The notes: generated by a model not told the origin, from the letters alone. A stretch of 64,000 bases of DNA from Pseudobacteriovorax antillogorgiicola (GCA_945865565.1 CAMBEK010000001.1:163795-227794), one strand, 5' to 3'. Positions 45,006-53,556 are shown, counted from the stretch's first letter. Translations and numbers: made by a program.

Positions 45006-45797
45006 ATGAATCTTGTCCTGATTGCCATGGCTGCTGGAATTTTAATGGCACTGGTTGTTTTGGCGACTGGTTTTGACCATGCTTTCAGCCAGTCCGGACG
45101 GTTGCGGGCGACGGATTACCGGGCAAGGCGGCGGCTCATTTTGGAGCGCCTGGAACAGCTGTCATTCAGAGTAGAGCGGCTGGCAGCAACCGTTGCGAAC
45201 AAGTCGCCAGGAAGTTTGGCTCATCTGGAGCGTCTGGTTTCCAGCTTTGAACTTATTGTATTGGCATTTGGCCAACTGCCCCCATTTGGCACCGACCCCA
45301 GCCAACTCGATTCGGCAGAATTTCTCGTTAAAGACACGGAAGACAGGGCCACTGAACTCGAGATTCTTTTGGGACTTCGTTCACCAACGGCCATCACTCG
45401 CATGGCGAGCCTGCTTCGCGATGGCATTGCGCGGGCAACGAACCGTCCTGTGCCAAAAGCTGCGACGCCAGATCGCGGCTGCTATTTTTGTTCACGTCCA
45501 TTTCATCTGGATCTAGAAAAATTTTCACAGGTCAAGGTCAGGCTTGAAGGCGCAACGCGCGATGTTTTCTCCTGCGGTCCTTGCAAGGATAAACTTGAGG
45601 AGACCAAGAAAATCAAAGTATTGTATTTCCTTCACGACGGGCAGCCGACCCACTGGTCCCAGCTGCCGGGATATGTGCCCTCGGAATCCTATTGGGACAT
45701 CAACGGGAAGGTTGGCGAAAACCCGGGGTCAGGAGCAGAGGAAAAATCAAAGGGCCGCCTAAGGCTGATAGAGACGAAGACAGACCGGCTGGACTGA
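45006..45797 (+). CDS. Membrane-anchored protein with a C-terminal CxxC...CxxC (zinc-ribbon-like) module, family unknown
   Basis: 263 aa. It has an N-terminal TM (MNLVLIAMAAGILMALVVLATGF), a helical middle, then CYFCSRPF-x25-CGPCKD. Confidence 0.6.
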   Translation: MNLVLIAMAAGILMALVVLATGFDHAFSQSGRLRATDYRARRRLILERLEQLSFRVERLAATVANKSPGSLAHLERLVSSFELIVLAFGQLPPFGTDPSQLDSAEFLVKDTEDRATELEILLGLRSPTAITRMASLLRDGIARATNRPVPKAATPDRGCYFCSRPFHLDLEKFSQVKVRLEGATRDVFSCGPCKDKLEETKKIKVLYFLHDGQPTHWSQLPGYVPSESYWDINGKVGENPGSGAEEKSKGRLRLIETKTDRLD

Positions 45798-45867
45798 CCG
45801 GCAAATAAGATCGCTTGGTATCGAAATATGAATTTATCAAATCGGATGCAGAACAGGGGGCGTTGAG

Positions 45868-46860
45868 ATGAGTAAGAAGCCAGTTCGGGTTGCAGTGACA
45901 GGCGCGGCGGGACAAATCGGTTACAGCCTTTTGTTTCGGATTGCATCGGGCGAGGTTTTTGGACCCGAAACTCCCGTCGAGTTGAATTTGCTTGAACTTC
46001 CGGTTGCCATCAAGGGGGCAGAAGGCACCGCCATGGAGCTGGAAGATTGTGGCTTCCCCACCCTTTCCAAGATTAATATTTTTGATAACGCCGACGCAGC
46101 GTTTGAAGGAATCAACTGGGGCCTTCTTGTAGGGTCAAAGCCGCGCGGTCCAGGCATGGAACGCAACGATTTGATTCGTGACAACGGACCCATTTTTGTT
46201 TCCCAGGGCAAAGCACTTAATCGCGCTGCGAGTGACGTCAGGGTCGTGGTTGTGGGCAACCCTTGCAACACCAATGCTCTGATTGCTCTGCACAACTGCC
46301 GCGAGGTGCCTGCAACGCGCTTTTCTGCCATGACCATGTTGGACGAGAACCGGGCGAAGGCCATGATTGCCAAAAAGGCCGGACTCAACGTCGGCGAAGT
46401 TCGCAATTTTGCGATTTGGGGTAACCACTCAAGTACGATGTACCCGGACTTTGAACACGCAACCGCCGGGCAAAAATCAGTTGTCGATGCCGTGGGCGGC
46501 CGCGCCTGGCTCGAAAACGAGTTCATGGTTGGAGTTCAAAAGCGCGGCGCTGCAATCATCGCTGCCCGCGGCAAATCGTCTGCGGCTTCGGCAGCCTCTG
46601 CCTGCATTGATCACGTTAAGCACTTTATGGAAAAGACCCCTTCAGGCAAGTGGTTCTCGGCGGCAGTGCCAAGTGACGGCAATTCCTACAACGTCCCGGC
46701 GGGCTTGATGTTCTCGTTCCCGGTTCATTCTCACGGCGACGGCAAGTATGAAATTGTTCAGGGCGTGAATCTTTCAGAATATGCTCGCAAAAAAATTGCA
46801 GATACAACGAAAGAGCTCTTGGAAGAGCGTGAATTGGTAAAAGAGTTGTTGGTTCGTTAA
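45868..46860 (+). CDS. mdh: Malate dehydrogenase (NAD-dependent, long/cytosolic-type)
   Basis: 330 aa. It has [41 protein letters not shown], and [12 protein letters not shown]. Confidence 0.95.
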   Translation: MSKKPVRVAVTGAAGQIGYSLLFRIASGEVFGPETPVELNLLELPVAIKGAEGTAMELEDCGFPTLSKINIFDNADAAFEGINWGLLVGSKPRGPGMERNDLIRDNGPIFVSQGKALNRAASDVRVVVVGNPCNTNALIALHNCREVPATRFSAMTMLDENRAKAMIAKKAGLNVGEVRNFAIWGNHSSTMYPDFEHATAGQKSVVDAVGGRAWLENEFMVGVQKRGAAIIAARGKSSAASAASACIDHVKHFMEKTPSGKWFSAAVPSDGNSYNVPAGLMFSFPVHSHGDGKYEIVQGVNLSEYARKKIADTTKELLEERELVKELLVR

Positions 46861-46882
46861 ACGGACAAGACTGGAGTTCAAT

Positions 46883-47791
46883 ATGTTTTCTTGGGCAAAA
46901 CGGTTTTTTCTTTTCGCCGTCGTCAACATCCTGATCATCGTAACCATTTCGCTGGTACTCAATCTGTTGGGTGTCCAGCCCTACATGACCGTCTACGGAA
47001 TTGATTATGAGCAGTTAGCCGTATTCTGTCTGGTTTGGGGTGGCGGCGGAGCCCTGATTTCTCTCTGCTTGAGCCGGATCATGGCTAAGATGATGATGGG
47101 CGTGAAAGTCATCGACCCCAACACGACGGATTCCGTTTTGCGGGATCTGGTCATGACGGTCCACCGGTTGGCCCGGGCCGCAAACCTTCCGGCGATGCCC
47201 CAGGTTGGGGTTTACGACAGTCCGGAAATCAACGCATTTGCCACTGGGCCGACCAAGAGCCGCGCCCTTGTCGCGGTGTCATCGGGGCTCCTTCAGCGGA
47301 TGGGCAAAGCCGAGGTAGAGGGCGTCTTGGCCCATGAAGTCGCCCATATCTCGAACGGGGATATGGTCACGATGACCCTGGTGCAAGGCATTGTTAACGC
47401 CTTCGTCATGTTTTTTGCCCGTGTCCTGGCTTTTGCCTTGGCCAATGCCATGCGCAGCAACAATGACGAGCGCAGTGGTTCGAACTCTATGGTTCAGTTT
47501 ATCGCTACCATGGTGTTTGAGATCCTTTTCAGCCTTTTGGGCATGGTGGTGGTCGCCTACTTTTCGAGGGCGCGTGAATTCCGTGCCGACCAAGGTGGAG
47601 CCGGCCTGGCTGGGCGCGACAAGATGATTGGGGCTTTGGAGGCCCTGCGAAGGGGCACCCAGACGATTGATGACAGCCATCCGGCGCTGGCGACTCTGAA
47701 AATTTCGGGCCGCCCAGCAGGTTTCATGGCCCTTTTGGCCAGCCATCCGCCGCTGGAAGTCCGGATTGACCGCCTGCGCCGAATGGTTTGA
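46883..47791 (+). CDS. htpX: Membrane zinc protease HtpX (peptidase M48)
   Basis: 302 aa. It has N-terminal TMs, HEVAHISNGD (HExxH), and C-terminal SHPPLEVRIDRL. Confidence 0.93.
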   Translation: MFSWAKRFFLFAVVNILIIVTISLVLNLLGVQPYMTVYGIDYEQLAVFCLVWGGGGALISLCLSRIMAKMMMGVKVIDPNTTDSVLRDLVMTVHRLARAANLPAMPQVGVYDSPEINAFATGPTKSRALVAVSSGLLQRMGKAEVEGVLAHEVAHISNGDMVTMTLVQGIVNAFVMFFARVLAFALANAMRSNNDERSGSNSMVQFIATMVFEILFSLLGMVVVAYFSRAREFRADQGGAGLAGRDKMIGALEALRRGTQTIDDSHPALATLKISGRPAGFMALLASHPPLEVRIDRLRRMV

Positions 47792-47806
47792 TGCATTGGA
47801 TTGACG

Positions 47807-47823
47807 AGACGGTTTGACCGTCT
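47807..47823 (+). terminator. Weak hairpin after htpX (possible terminator)
   Basis: AGACGG-TTTGA-CCGTCT is a 6-bp stem. The downstream sequence ggattgcatttgtt is only weakly T-rich. Confidence 0.3.
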
Positions 47824-47871
47824 GGATTGCATTTGTTAAGTGAGAGGTCTGAATTCTCTTTGGGATCCCGG

Positions 47872-47958
47872 GGAGGGATGGCCGAGTGGCTGATGGCGGC
47901 GGTCTTGAAAACCGTTATGCGCGAGAGCGTATCGGGGGTTCGAATCCCTCTCCCTCCG
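47872..47958 (+). tRNA. tRNA-Ser (anticodon TGA), class II with a long variable arm
   Basis: Folded by hand. The acceptor is GGAGGGA/TCCCTCC and the anticodon stem-loop is GCGGT-CTTGAAA-ACCGT. The variable arm is ATGCGC-GAGA-GCGTAT and the T arm is GGGGG-TTCGAAT-CCCTC. The discriminator is G, and no CCA is encoded. Confidence 0.9.
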
Positions 47959-47993
47959 CTCCTGAAGTTTGTTTTGTGCTGCATGTTTCTGCT

Positions 47994-48083
47994 GGAGAGA
48001 TGGCCGAGTGGCTTAAGGCACCGCCTTGCTAAGGCGACATACGGGTAACTGTATCGAGGGTTCGAATCCCTCTCTCTCCGCCA
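47994..48083 (+). tRNA. tRNA-Ser (anticodon GCT), class II, CCA encoded
   Basis: Folded by hand. The acceptor is GGAGAGA/TCTCTCC. The anticodon loop TTGCTAA is flanked by CCGCC/GGCGA. There is a long variable arm, the T arm is GAGGG-TTCGAAT-CCCTC, and GCCA follows. Confidence 0.9.
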
Positions 48084-48099
48084 GCATTTCCCCCCTACT

Positions 48100-48828
48100 A
48101 TGACTATAACTATGCAAAAGAATGTCATCTTAGTTGTTCCTTGCTTTAATGAAGCCAAGCGCATCGATTTGCCTGCATTCGCCAAGGCCCCGGAAAACGT
48201 GGGCTTTGTTTTTGTCGACGACGGATCAAAAGACAACACGTCAGCGGTCATTGAGGCGGGCAAGCCGTCGGGATCCGCCTTGCTGCGCCTGCCGCGCAAC
48301 GCGGGCAAGGGTGAGGCTGTTCGCCAGGGGATGCTTCACGTTCTCGCCAATCCCGCGCCCTTTCCTGGGGTCAAGTGGGTCGGCTTTTGGGATGCAGATC
48401 TTGCAACCCCGCTGACGGAAGTTCCAGGCCTGGTTGAGGTCCTTGAAAAGTCGGGGGCGGATTTGGACGCGGTTTTTGGGTCGCGAATCAAGCGATTGGG
48501 CGCAAGGATCGAGCGCTCCCTCAAGCGACATCTTCTGGGGCGTTTTTTTACCACCATCTCAGATTCCATGCTTCACCTGTCGGCCTATGACACCCAGTGT
48601 GGCGCGAAGATTTTTAAGTTTGACGCTGTGGCAAAGGCGTTTGCCCAACCATTTGTGTCTCGTTGGATTTTTGACGTGGAGATTTTGCTGCGTCTTGGCC
48701 GTCACCGCGTGGTGGAACATCCGCTTTCCGTATGGTGCGATGTGCGCGGCAGTAAACTCAACATTCCAGCGACTTCCTTCAGGATCATAAAGGACTTGTG
48801 GATCATTAGGGGGCGTTACCGGAAATGA
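48100..48828 (+). CDS. GT2 polyprenyl-phosphate glycosyltransferase (Alg5/GtrB/ArnC-like)
   Basis: 242 aa. It has LVVPCFNEAKRI, FVDDGSKDNT, LPRNAGKGEAVRQG, WDADLATP, and DTQCGAKIF (DTQCGFK-type signature). Confidence 0.85.
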   Translation: MTITMQKNVILVVPCFNEAKRIDLPAFAKAPENVGFVFVDDGSKDNTSAVIEAGKPSGSALLRLPRNAGKGEAVRQGMLHVLANPAPFPGVKWVGFWDADLATPLTEVPGLVEVLEKSGADLDAVFGSRIKRLGARIERSLKRHLLGRFFTTISDSMLHLSAYDTQCGAKIFKFDAVAKAFAQPFVSRWIFDVEILLRLGRHRVVEHPLSVWCDVRGSKLNIPATSFRIIKDLWIIRGRYRK

Positions 48829-49160
48829 ACTTAAATCCTTGGGTCAGTCTGCTTTTGGCCGGCCTTTTTGAAATTGGCTTCACAACTTGCATGAAACTTT
48901 CAGAGGGTTTCACCAAAACCGCCTTTGTGGCCGGGTTTGTTTTTTTTGCGGTTCTCAGTTTTAGTTGCTTGTCGGACGCCGCAAAGGTGATTCCGCTTGG
49001 AACATCCTATGCAGTTTGGACGGGTCTCGGTGCATTTGGAACGGCTCTGGTCGGTGTGTTCTTTTTTAATGATCCGGCAAGTCCGGCGAGGATCGCGTTT
49101 TTGATCCTTTTGATAGGATCCATCGTTGGCTTAAAGTTGGTTTCTGACGCGGGTTATTGA
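48825..49160 (+). CDS. sugE: SMR family 4-TM protein, SugE/Gdx-like
   Basis: 111 aa. It has AGLFEIGFTTCMKLSEGF (membrane Glu) and PLGTSYAVWTGLGAFGTALVGVFFFNDP...GSIVGLKL, close to my memory of E. coli SugE. It overlaps the GT2 stop as ATGA. Confidence 0.85.
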   Translation: MNLNPWVSLLLAGLFEIGFTTCMKLSEGFTKTAFVAGFVFFAVLSFSCLSDAAKVIPLGTSYAVWTGLGAFGTALVGVFFFNDPASPARIAFLILLIGSIVGLKLVSDAGY

Positions 49161-49173
49161 AGGAGTGTCGGGC

Positions 49174-49788
49174 ATGAAAATCGGAATCATATCGGGCAGT
49201 CACCGCAAAAAAAGTCAGTCGCGCAAGGTCGCAGATTTTATGGCCGGGCGAATGATTCAAATGGGCCAGGAGATAAAGCCCTGGCTGTTGGATCTTGCGG
49301 AAGCGAATTTTCCCATGTGGGACGAGGGCGTCTGGAGCGGCGAAGAAAAGTGGAAAAAGATCTGGTCACCGATCGCTCAAGAGCTAAGTTCCTGCGACGG
49401 ATTTGTGGTGATCTCTCCAGAGTGGAGCGGCATGGCGACGCCGGCACTAAAGAATTTTTTTCTGCTGGCCTCCAGCCGCGAGCTTGGCCACAAGCCTGGT
49501 CTGATCGTAACGGTTTCTTCCGGGATGGGCGGCTCTTTTCCGGTCAACGAGATCAGGACGTCAGGTTATAAAAATACTCGGATTTGCTACCTGCCCGAGC
49601 ACCTTGTCATTCGCAATGTCGAGAAACTTTTAAATGTTGTTCATGACACCGATGTGACCCCTGACGATCAATACATCCGCGGTCGCATTGACTATGCAAT
49701 CAGACTTCTAGCCGAATATGCGAAGGGGCTGAAAATGGTTCGCGACAGCGGACAAGTTGATCACAAGACCTACCCCAACGGCATGTAA
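49174..49788 (+). CDS. NAD(P)H-dependent FMN reductase family flavoprotein
   Basis: The track ORF starts at 49165. It has MKIGIISGSHRKKSQSRKVADF and VVISPEWSGMATPALKNFF, typical of this family. Confidence 0.75.
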   Translation: MKIGIISGSHRKKSQSRKVADFMAGRMIQMGQEIKPWLLDLAEANFPMWDEGVWSGEEKWKKIWSPIAQELSSCDGFVVISPEWSGMATPALKNFFLLASSRELGHKPGLIVTVSSGMGGSFPVNEIRTSGYKNTRICYLPEHLVIRNVEKLLNVVHDTDVTPDDQYIRGRIDYAIRLLAEYAKGLKMVRDSGQVDHKTYPNGM

Positions 49789-49800
49789 CAAGCCACGGTG

Positions 49801-50916
49801 CTAGAGCTTGGAAATCACTCCCAGCTTGAGTTGAGTCAAGGTTCTAGTTCTGGTTTTCGTTAAGGATTCATCAGAATCTTGAAACTTGCCCTGCGATGCC
49901 GCGACAGCAAAATAGGGCATAAACCTTTCGCCGTAGCGCATAAATCGCCCGCCAACAGACAAAGACTTTATGTTGTCATCGATGTCAGAGACATCCTTGA
50001 TCGAAGCCGAGTTGCCTTTCAGGTTTGTTCCACCCTGTGTGATGTCGAACCATTGCCAGCGTAGGAATGGCGTCCATTCGGTATAGGAGTATTCGATCAG
50101 ACCGTTGGCGTAGTTGCGCTGATGTATCGTTTTCTCGCCATTGTTGATCTGTGCTTGAAGGTCGACAGCGCTTTGAATGTAGGTAAGCCAAGGGCCTGCT
50201 TTGTATAGCCCTCCAAGCGACACGATCCGCGAGTGTCCAGCATCATAGGTGGCAAGTTGTAGCAGGGGTTTCCATGCCGTTCCGGCCAGAGACTCCAGTT
50301 GCAACTGCAGGCTGGCGGCGGGTTGAGTTCCGGAGGAGAAGTAGCCGCCGCTGGTGCGGTTGCCCATGTCATCACTGACCACCTTGACGTCATCAAAAAG
50401 CTGGACGCGCCAGTTGACGTCTCCTTTGTGGGCCAGTTCAAACGTTTGTTTGCTGTAGCCACTTAGGACAGTCGTTGCGCCCATCGTGAAGGGGAAAGCA
50501 CTCGTGCCCACGTATTCGGCAAGTGAATTGGGCCATTCGTAACCGGAAATATAATTCCAGGTTTTGCCCGAACCAATGCTCCAGTGTTCATCAAGACGCA
50601 GGGTGAGCATTGCATAATCGAGCGCTTGTTTGGCAGTGGGCTCAAAGGCGAGGCGTACAAAGAAAGAAACGTCAGGCGAAAGGTCACCGGTGAACTTGAG
50701 CTTGGCCCTTTCCACCGCCATGGCAGCAAGGCTTTTTGGCTTGTCTGCGGGATCAACCTTGGCAAAACCTCGGTTGGCATACGTCAGTCCTGAACGAAAC
50801 TCGTGGCCTATCTTTGGCCAGGCCACGGGTTCTGTGCCCTTGAGCAGGCCTTGGCCAAATGCCGTTGAAACACTCGTTGCCGCAATAACGGTCAGAATTT
50901 TTTTGGATAGTTTCAT
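49801..50916 (-). CDS. Outer-membrane porin-like beta-barrel protein
   Basis: The track ORF extends to 51138. ATG 50916 is preceded by AAGGAG. The signal peptide is MKLSKKILTVIAATSVSTAFGQ, and the rest is long and rich in alternating Y/G/W. Confidence 0.65.
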   Translation of the reverse strand: MKLSKKILTVIAATSVSTAFGQGLLKGTEPVAWPKIGHEFRSGLTYANRGFAKVDPADKPKSLAAMAVERAKLKFTGDLSPDVSFFVRLAFEPTAKQALDYAMLTLRLDEHWSIGSGKTWNYISGYEWPNSLAEYVGTSAFPFTMGATTVLSGYSKQTFELAHKGDVNWRVQLFDDVKVVSDDMGNRTSGGYFSSGTQPAASLQLQLESLAGTAWKPLLQLATYDAGHSRIVSLGGLYKAGPWLTYIQSAVDLQAQINNGEKTIHQRNYANGLIEYSYTEWTPFLRWQWFDITQGGTNLKGNSASIKDVSDIDDNIKSLSVGGRFMRYGERFMPYFAVAASQGKFQDSDESLTKTRTRTLTQLKLGVISKL

Positions 50917-50976
50917 GCGATGCTCCTTGCAACCAGATAGGCCACCGTAACCGCCAAAAAATATAAGCCATCTCCT

Positions 50977-51007
50977 GGGCTCAAGAGCATAGCAATCTCT
51001 TGAGCCC
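50977..51007 (-). other. Perfect 11-bp stem hairpin between the regulator gene and the porin gene
   Basis: GGGCTCAAGAG-9 nt-CTCTTGAGCCC was read directly. On the minus strand it begins 7 nt after the regulator stop, and TATATTTTTT follows about 13 nt later. Confidence 0.7.
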
Positions 51008-51013
51008 ATCGCA

Positions 51014-51511
51014 TCATTGCCGGGGTTCATGCCGCGTCTCGCGCAGGCTCCAGACGCTATTGCGCAAGTCATAGACAAACCAACGGATGTCAGGCTCCCA
51101 CCCCAAAGAAGACTCGGCAACATTGCGTCCGCGCCCAAGTAGCTTCACAAGATTGTGTGCATGGGTTTCAATCAGCTGTTTGGAAACGTCGCTGGAGCCA
51201 GCCGCGGGATAAACGGCAGCAAGAAGTTCATGGCGCCCGATTGTGTGACCGGGCGCGTCAATGAAGGCCTTAAACAGCCTAAACAAAAGGGGACGCTGGC
51301 TCATGGTGACCCTGCGCTGTCCGCAGTGCACCTGGCATTCGCTGTACCAGATTGGGGGAAGGGCCTGGCGTTGCAGTTTGTTTCGTGGCCGGCGATTCAT
51401 CTGACGCGAAAGCTCGTCAGTGTAATGGGCAAGTTCCATCACCCTTGATTGAATTCTGCTAAATACGGCCATGGAGTTTTCTGATTTTTCGTTTTGCATT
51501 TTTTTCCTCAC
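51014..51511 (-). CDS. Stand-alone winged-helix (OmpR/PhoB C-terminal-like) DNA-binding protein
   Basis: 165 aa. LLFRLFKAFIDAPGHTIGRHELLAAVYP......THAHNLVKLLGR resembles the trans_reg_C pattern (L..L....g..vsr..L...vw....vd.hi..LR.kl). It has no receiver domain. The start is GTG 51511 or ATG 51499. Confidence 0.5.
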   Translation of the reverse strand: MRKKMQNEKSENSMAVFSRIQSRVMELAHYTDELSRQMNRRPRNKLQRQALPPIWYSECQVHCGQRRVTMSQRPLLFRLFKAFIDAPGHTIGRHELLAAVYPAAGSSDVSKQLIETHAHNLVKLLGRGRNVAESSLGWEPDIRWFVYDLRNSVWSLRETRHEPRQ

Positions 51512-51548
51512 TTCTGGTTCATGGCCCCGTCACGGGACGGCGCCGGCG

Positions 51549-51571
51549 TTGACGGGCACCTTTGACGGGAC
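51549..51571. promoter_or_regulatory. Direct repeat TTGACGGGCAC / TTGACGGGAC (13-bp period) upstream of the winged-helix gene; candidate operator
   Basis: Read directly from the sequence. A related palindromic copy, CCGTCACGGGACGG, lies at 51527-51540. All three lie in the 293-bp divergent spacer. Confidence 0.3.
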
Positions 51572-51804
51572 CCGGTGGCAGAGGCAAGGGCAGGAGAAAG
51601 CCTTCAAGGTGAGATCTTGTCTGATTCTGTATTAAAAACAGTCCCTTGGGATTATGTTTCGTGCACCGCCCCGGCAGGTCATGTAGAGCATCAATGCCGA
51701 CGAGAATTCATAGAAACTCGTCAGGAAACCCATAGACGGCTGGAGGGTTGGGAGTTATACGGGCCTCGTTTGGGCTGTAACAGGTAACTTTTGACAGGCA
51801 CAAA

Positions 51805-52239
51805 ATGAGTCAAAAACACTATCAGCAAATTCCGGCTAAATTGACCGAGGGGCTTGATCGGTTGAGCTGCTGGCAACCCTATTCACCTGGCATGTGCAAT
51901 GGTTGCCTGTCGTATTGCTGTCACTTGCCGGTGGAGGCAACAGCTGAAGACATGGTTCGCCTTGGTCTGGCGGTCGACGGTGAATACCGGGAATCGCCAA
52001 AAAGGCTGTTTAAAAAACTTTTGGCTCAAAAAGTAGTTTCGAGTTTTCGAGTGAAAAGCGGATTGTTCACCCTCGCGCAAAAGTCCGACGGAAGTTGTGG
52101 TTTTCTTGGCGCGGATCGCCGTTGCACGGTCTACGAAAAAAGACCCGAGGTGTGCCGGCGTTTCCCAGACATCGGCCCACGTCCGGGCTTCTGTCCGGCG
52201 CGTAAGTTTAGTCCTTCAAAGTCCGTGCGACCGGCTTAA
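51805..52239 (+). CDS. YkgJ/UPF0153 family Cys-cluster (Zn/Fe-chelating) protein
   Basis: 144 aa. It has CNGCLSYCC and CGFLGADRRCTVYEKRPEVCRRFP. Confidence 0.8.
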   Translation: MSQKHYQQIPAKLTEGLDRLSCWQPYSPGMCNGCLSYCCHLPVEATAEDMVRLGLAVDGEYRESPKRLFKKLLAQKVVSSFRVKSGLFTLAQKSDGSCGFLGADRRCTVYEKRPEVCRRFPDIGPRPGFCPARKFSPSKSVRPA

Positions 52240-53431
52240 GGCGTGTCGAGATGATTGCTGCGAGGGCGGTCAGTGAACCCGCCGCGTAAAACGGCCAGCT
52301 CGGGTTCAACTCAAAGATGGCTCCGGCAGAGGCTGGACCGAGTACCCTACCCAAGGAAGCAATCGATTGGTTTAGTCCAAGGGTACTGCCCTGCTCTGAT
52401 GGATGTGCGGCACGCGAAACCATGGAAGAATTCGACGGATTGAAAAGTCCGGAACCGGCAGCAAGTATGACGGCAGTGGCCACCATCAACGGAAAGATGC
52501 CTGTATTTCCTGCCAAGGGAATGCTGACCATGGCCAGGGTCAAGAGGACCAGACCAGATTTTGCAAGGGTTTGCTCGCCAAACTTTTTGGACAGTCTACC
52601 AATCATGAAGCCTTGGATTGAAACGGCAGTAAAGCCAACGACTACCAGATAAATGGCTGTCATTTGCGACGCCATTTGTAGGCGTGTTGGCCCGTCATGT
52701 TGAGTGCCAACCCAAATTTTTTCGATAAATAATCCGATCACCTGTTCCATAATGGCAAAGCCAAGGGTGTATACGAAAGTCATTGTGAACAGGGTGGCAA
52801 CGTTGGTCTGCCGTGCAGCATGCTTCAGTGCAGCAATGGAAAGAAGGCGGCGCCCCGGCGCGGAGGGCACGCCCTTTTTCAGCGTTTCTGGCAGCATGAA
52901 TGATGCAAAAGCAAGGTTGCATAGAGCAAGCCCTGCTGCAAAAAAAGCTGGCAATACTGGTGAATATTGGCCAAGGATGCCGCCAATAGCTGGACCAATA
53001 ATAAAACCGAGGCCAAAGGCCGCACCGATCAACCCCATGCCTTTGGCGCGGTCTTCAGGTTTTGTGACGTCGGAGATGATGGCCTGGGCAGTACCGAGGT
53101 TCGCATTGCCAAATCCGGCGAGCATCCTGGCTGCGAAAAGGGTCGCAAGGGTTTGGGCAAGACCAAAAACAAGGTGGCCAACAGCACTGACGGCCACGCT
53201 GAATAGAATGATCGGGCGGCGTCCAATGCGGTCAGAAAGTCGTCCCCAAAACGGCGCAAAAAGAAACTGCATGAGCGAGTAGGACGCGCCAAGAAGGGTG
53301 ACTTGGGTGGCAGTGGCTCCGAAGTTTTCGACGTAAAAGGGTTGGATTGGGATCATGATTCCGAAACCCAGGAGGTCCAGAAAAATGGTGAAGAACGCGA
53401 TCAATAGTGGTTTTGAATTTTTAGATTTCAT
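52208..53431 (-). CDS. MFS transporter (TetA/drug-H+ antiporter-like, 12 TM)
   Basis: The track ORF extends to 53485; the likely start is MKSKNSKPLLIAFFTIFLDLLGFG. Motif A is GRLSDRIGRRPIILFS. Confidence 0.85.
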   Translation of the reverse strand: MKSKNSKPLLIAFFTIFLDLLGFGIMIPIQPFYVENFGATATQVTLLGASYSLMQFLFAPFWGRLSDRIGRRPIILFSVAVSAVGHLVFGLAQTLATLFAARMLAGFGNANLGTAQAIISDVTKPEDRAKGMGLIGAAFGLGFIIGPAIGGILGQYSPVLPAFFAAGLALCNLAFASFMLPETLKKGVPSAPGRRLLSIAALKHAARQTNVATLFTMTFVYTLGFAIMEQVIGLFIEKIWVGTQHDGPTRLQMASQMTAIYLVVVGFTAVSIQGFMIGRLSKKFGEQTLAKSGLVLLTLAMVSIPLAGNTGIFPLMVATAVILAAGSGLFNPSNSSMVSRAAHPSEQGSTLGLNQSIASLGRVLGPASAGAIFELNPSWPFYAAGSLTALAAIISTRLKPVARTLKD

Positions 53432-53556
53432 CAAATAGGGACCATGTTTCCAATCAGGGGAACGGGTTGACCCAAAGTAGATCACTGGCAGCCCCGTGGC
53501 AACCGGGTTCGGGCAAGACGCGCTATAATAAACAGGCCAATGGAGGCTCGACTAAC

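Noticed and set aside
45921-46526. 201-aa minus-strand ORF inside mdh
   Set aside because: It is an antisense shadow ORF. Its composition is S/P/A/R-rich, typical of the reverse frame of a GC3-biased gene.
47724-48308. 194-aa minus-strand ORF spanning both tRNA-Ser genes
   Set aside because: It runs across two well-folded tRNAs, the end of htpX and the start of a GT2 gene, so it is not credible as a gene.
48760-48830. Guanidine riboswitch upstream of the SugE/Gdx-like gene
   Set aside because: The SMR start overlaps the GT2 stop codon (ATGA), so no leader exists.
47792-49800. Possible tRNA-Ser-associated genomic island or integrated element
   Set aside because: I saw no integrase, no direct repeat of a tRNA 3' end, and no phage or transposon genes. 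The downstream genes (GT2, SugE, FMN reductase) look chromosomal, with no obvious change in composition by eye.
50917-50960. Sigma-54-like promoter upstream of the porin (minus strand TGGCCT-N6-TTGCA)
   Set aside because: The spacing is one nt longer than the canonical GG-N10-GC. The -24 element is imperfect. The -12 element sits only about 10 nt from the ATG, on top of the RBS.
51575-51787. 70-aa GTG-initiated ORF in the regulator/YkgJ spacer
   Set aside because: It has no RBS and an odd composition, and it lies in a region better explained as divergent promoters and operators. This is kept only as a possibility.
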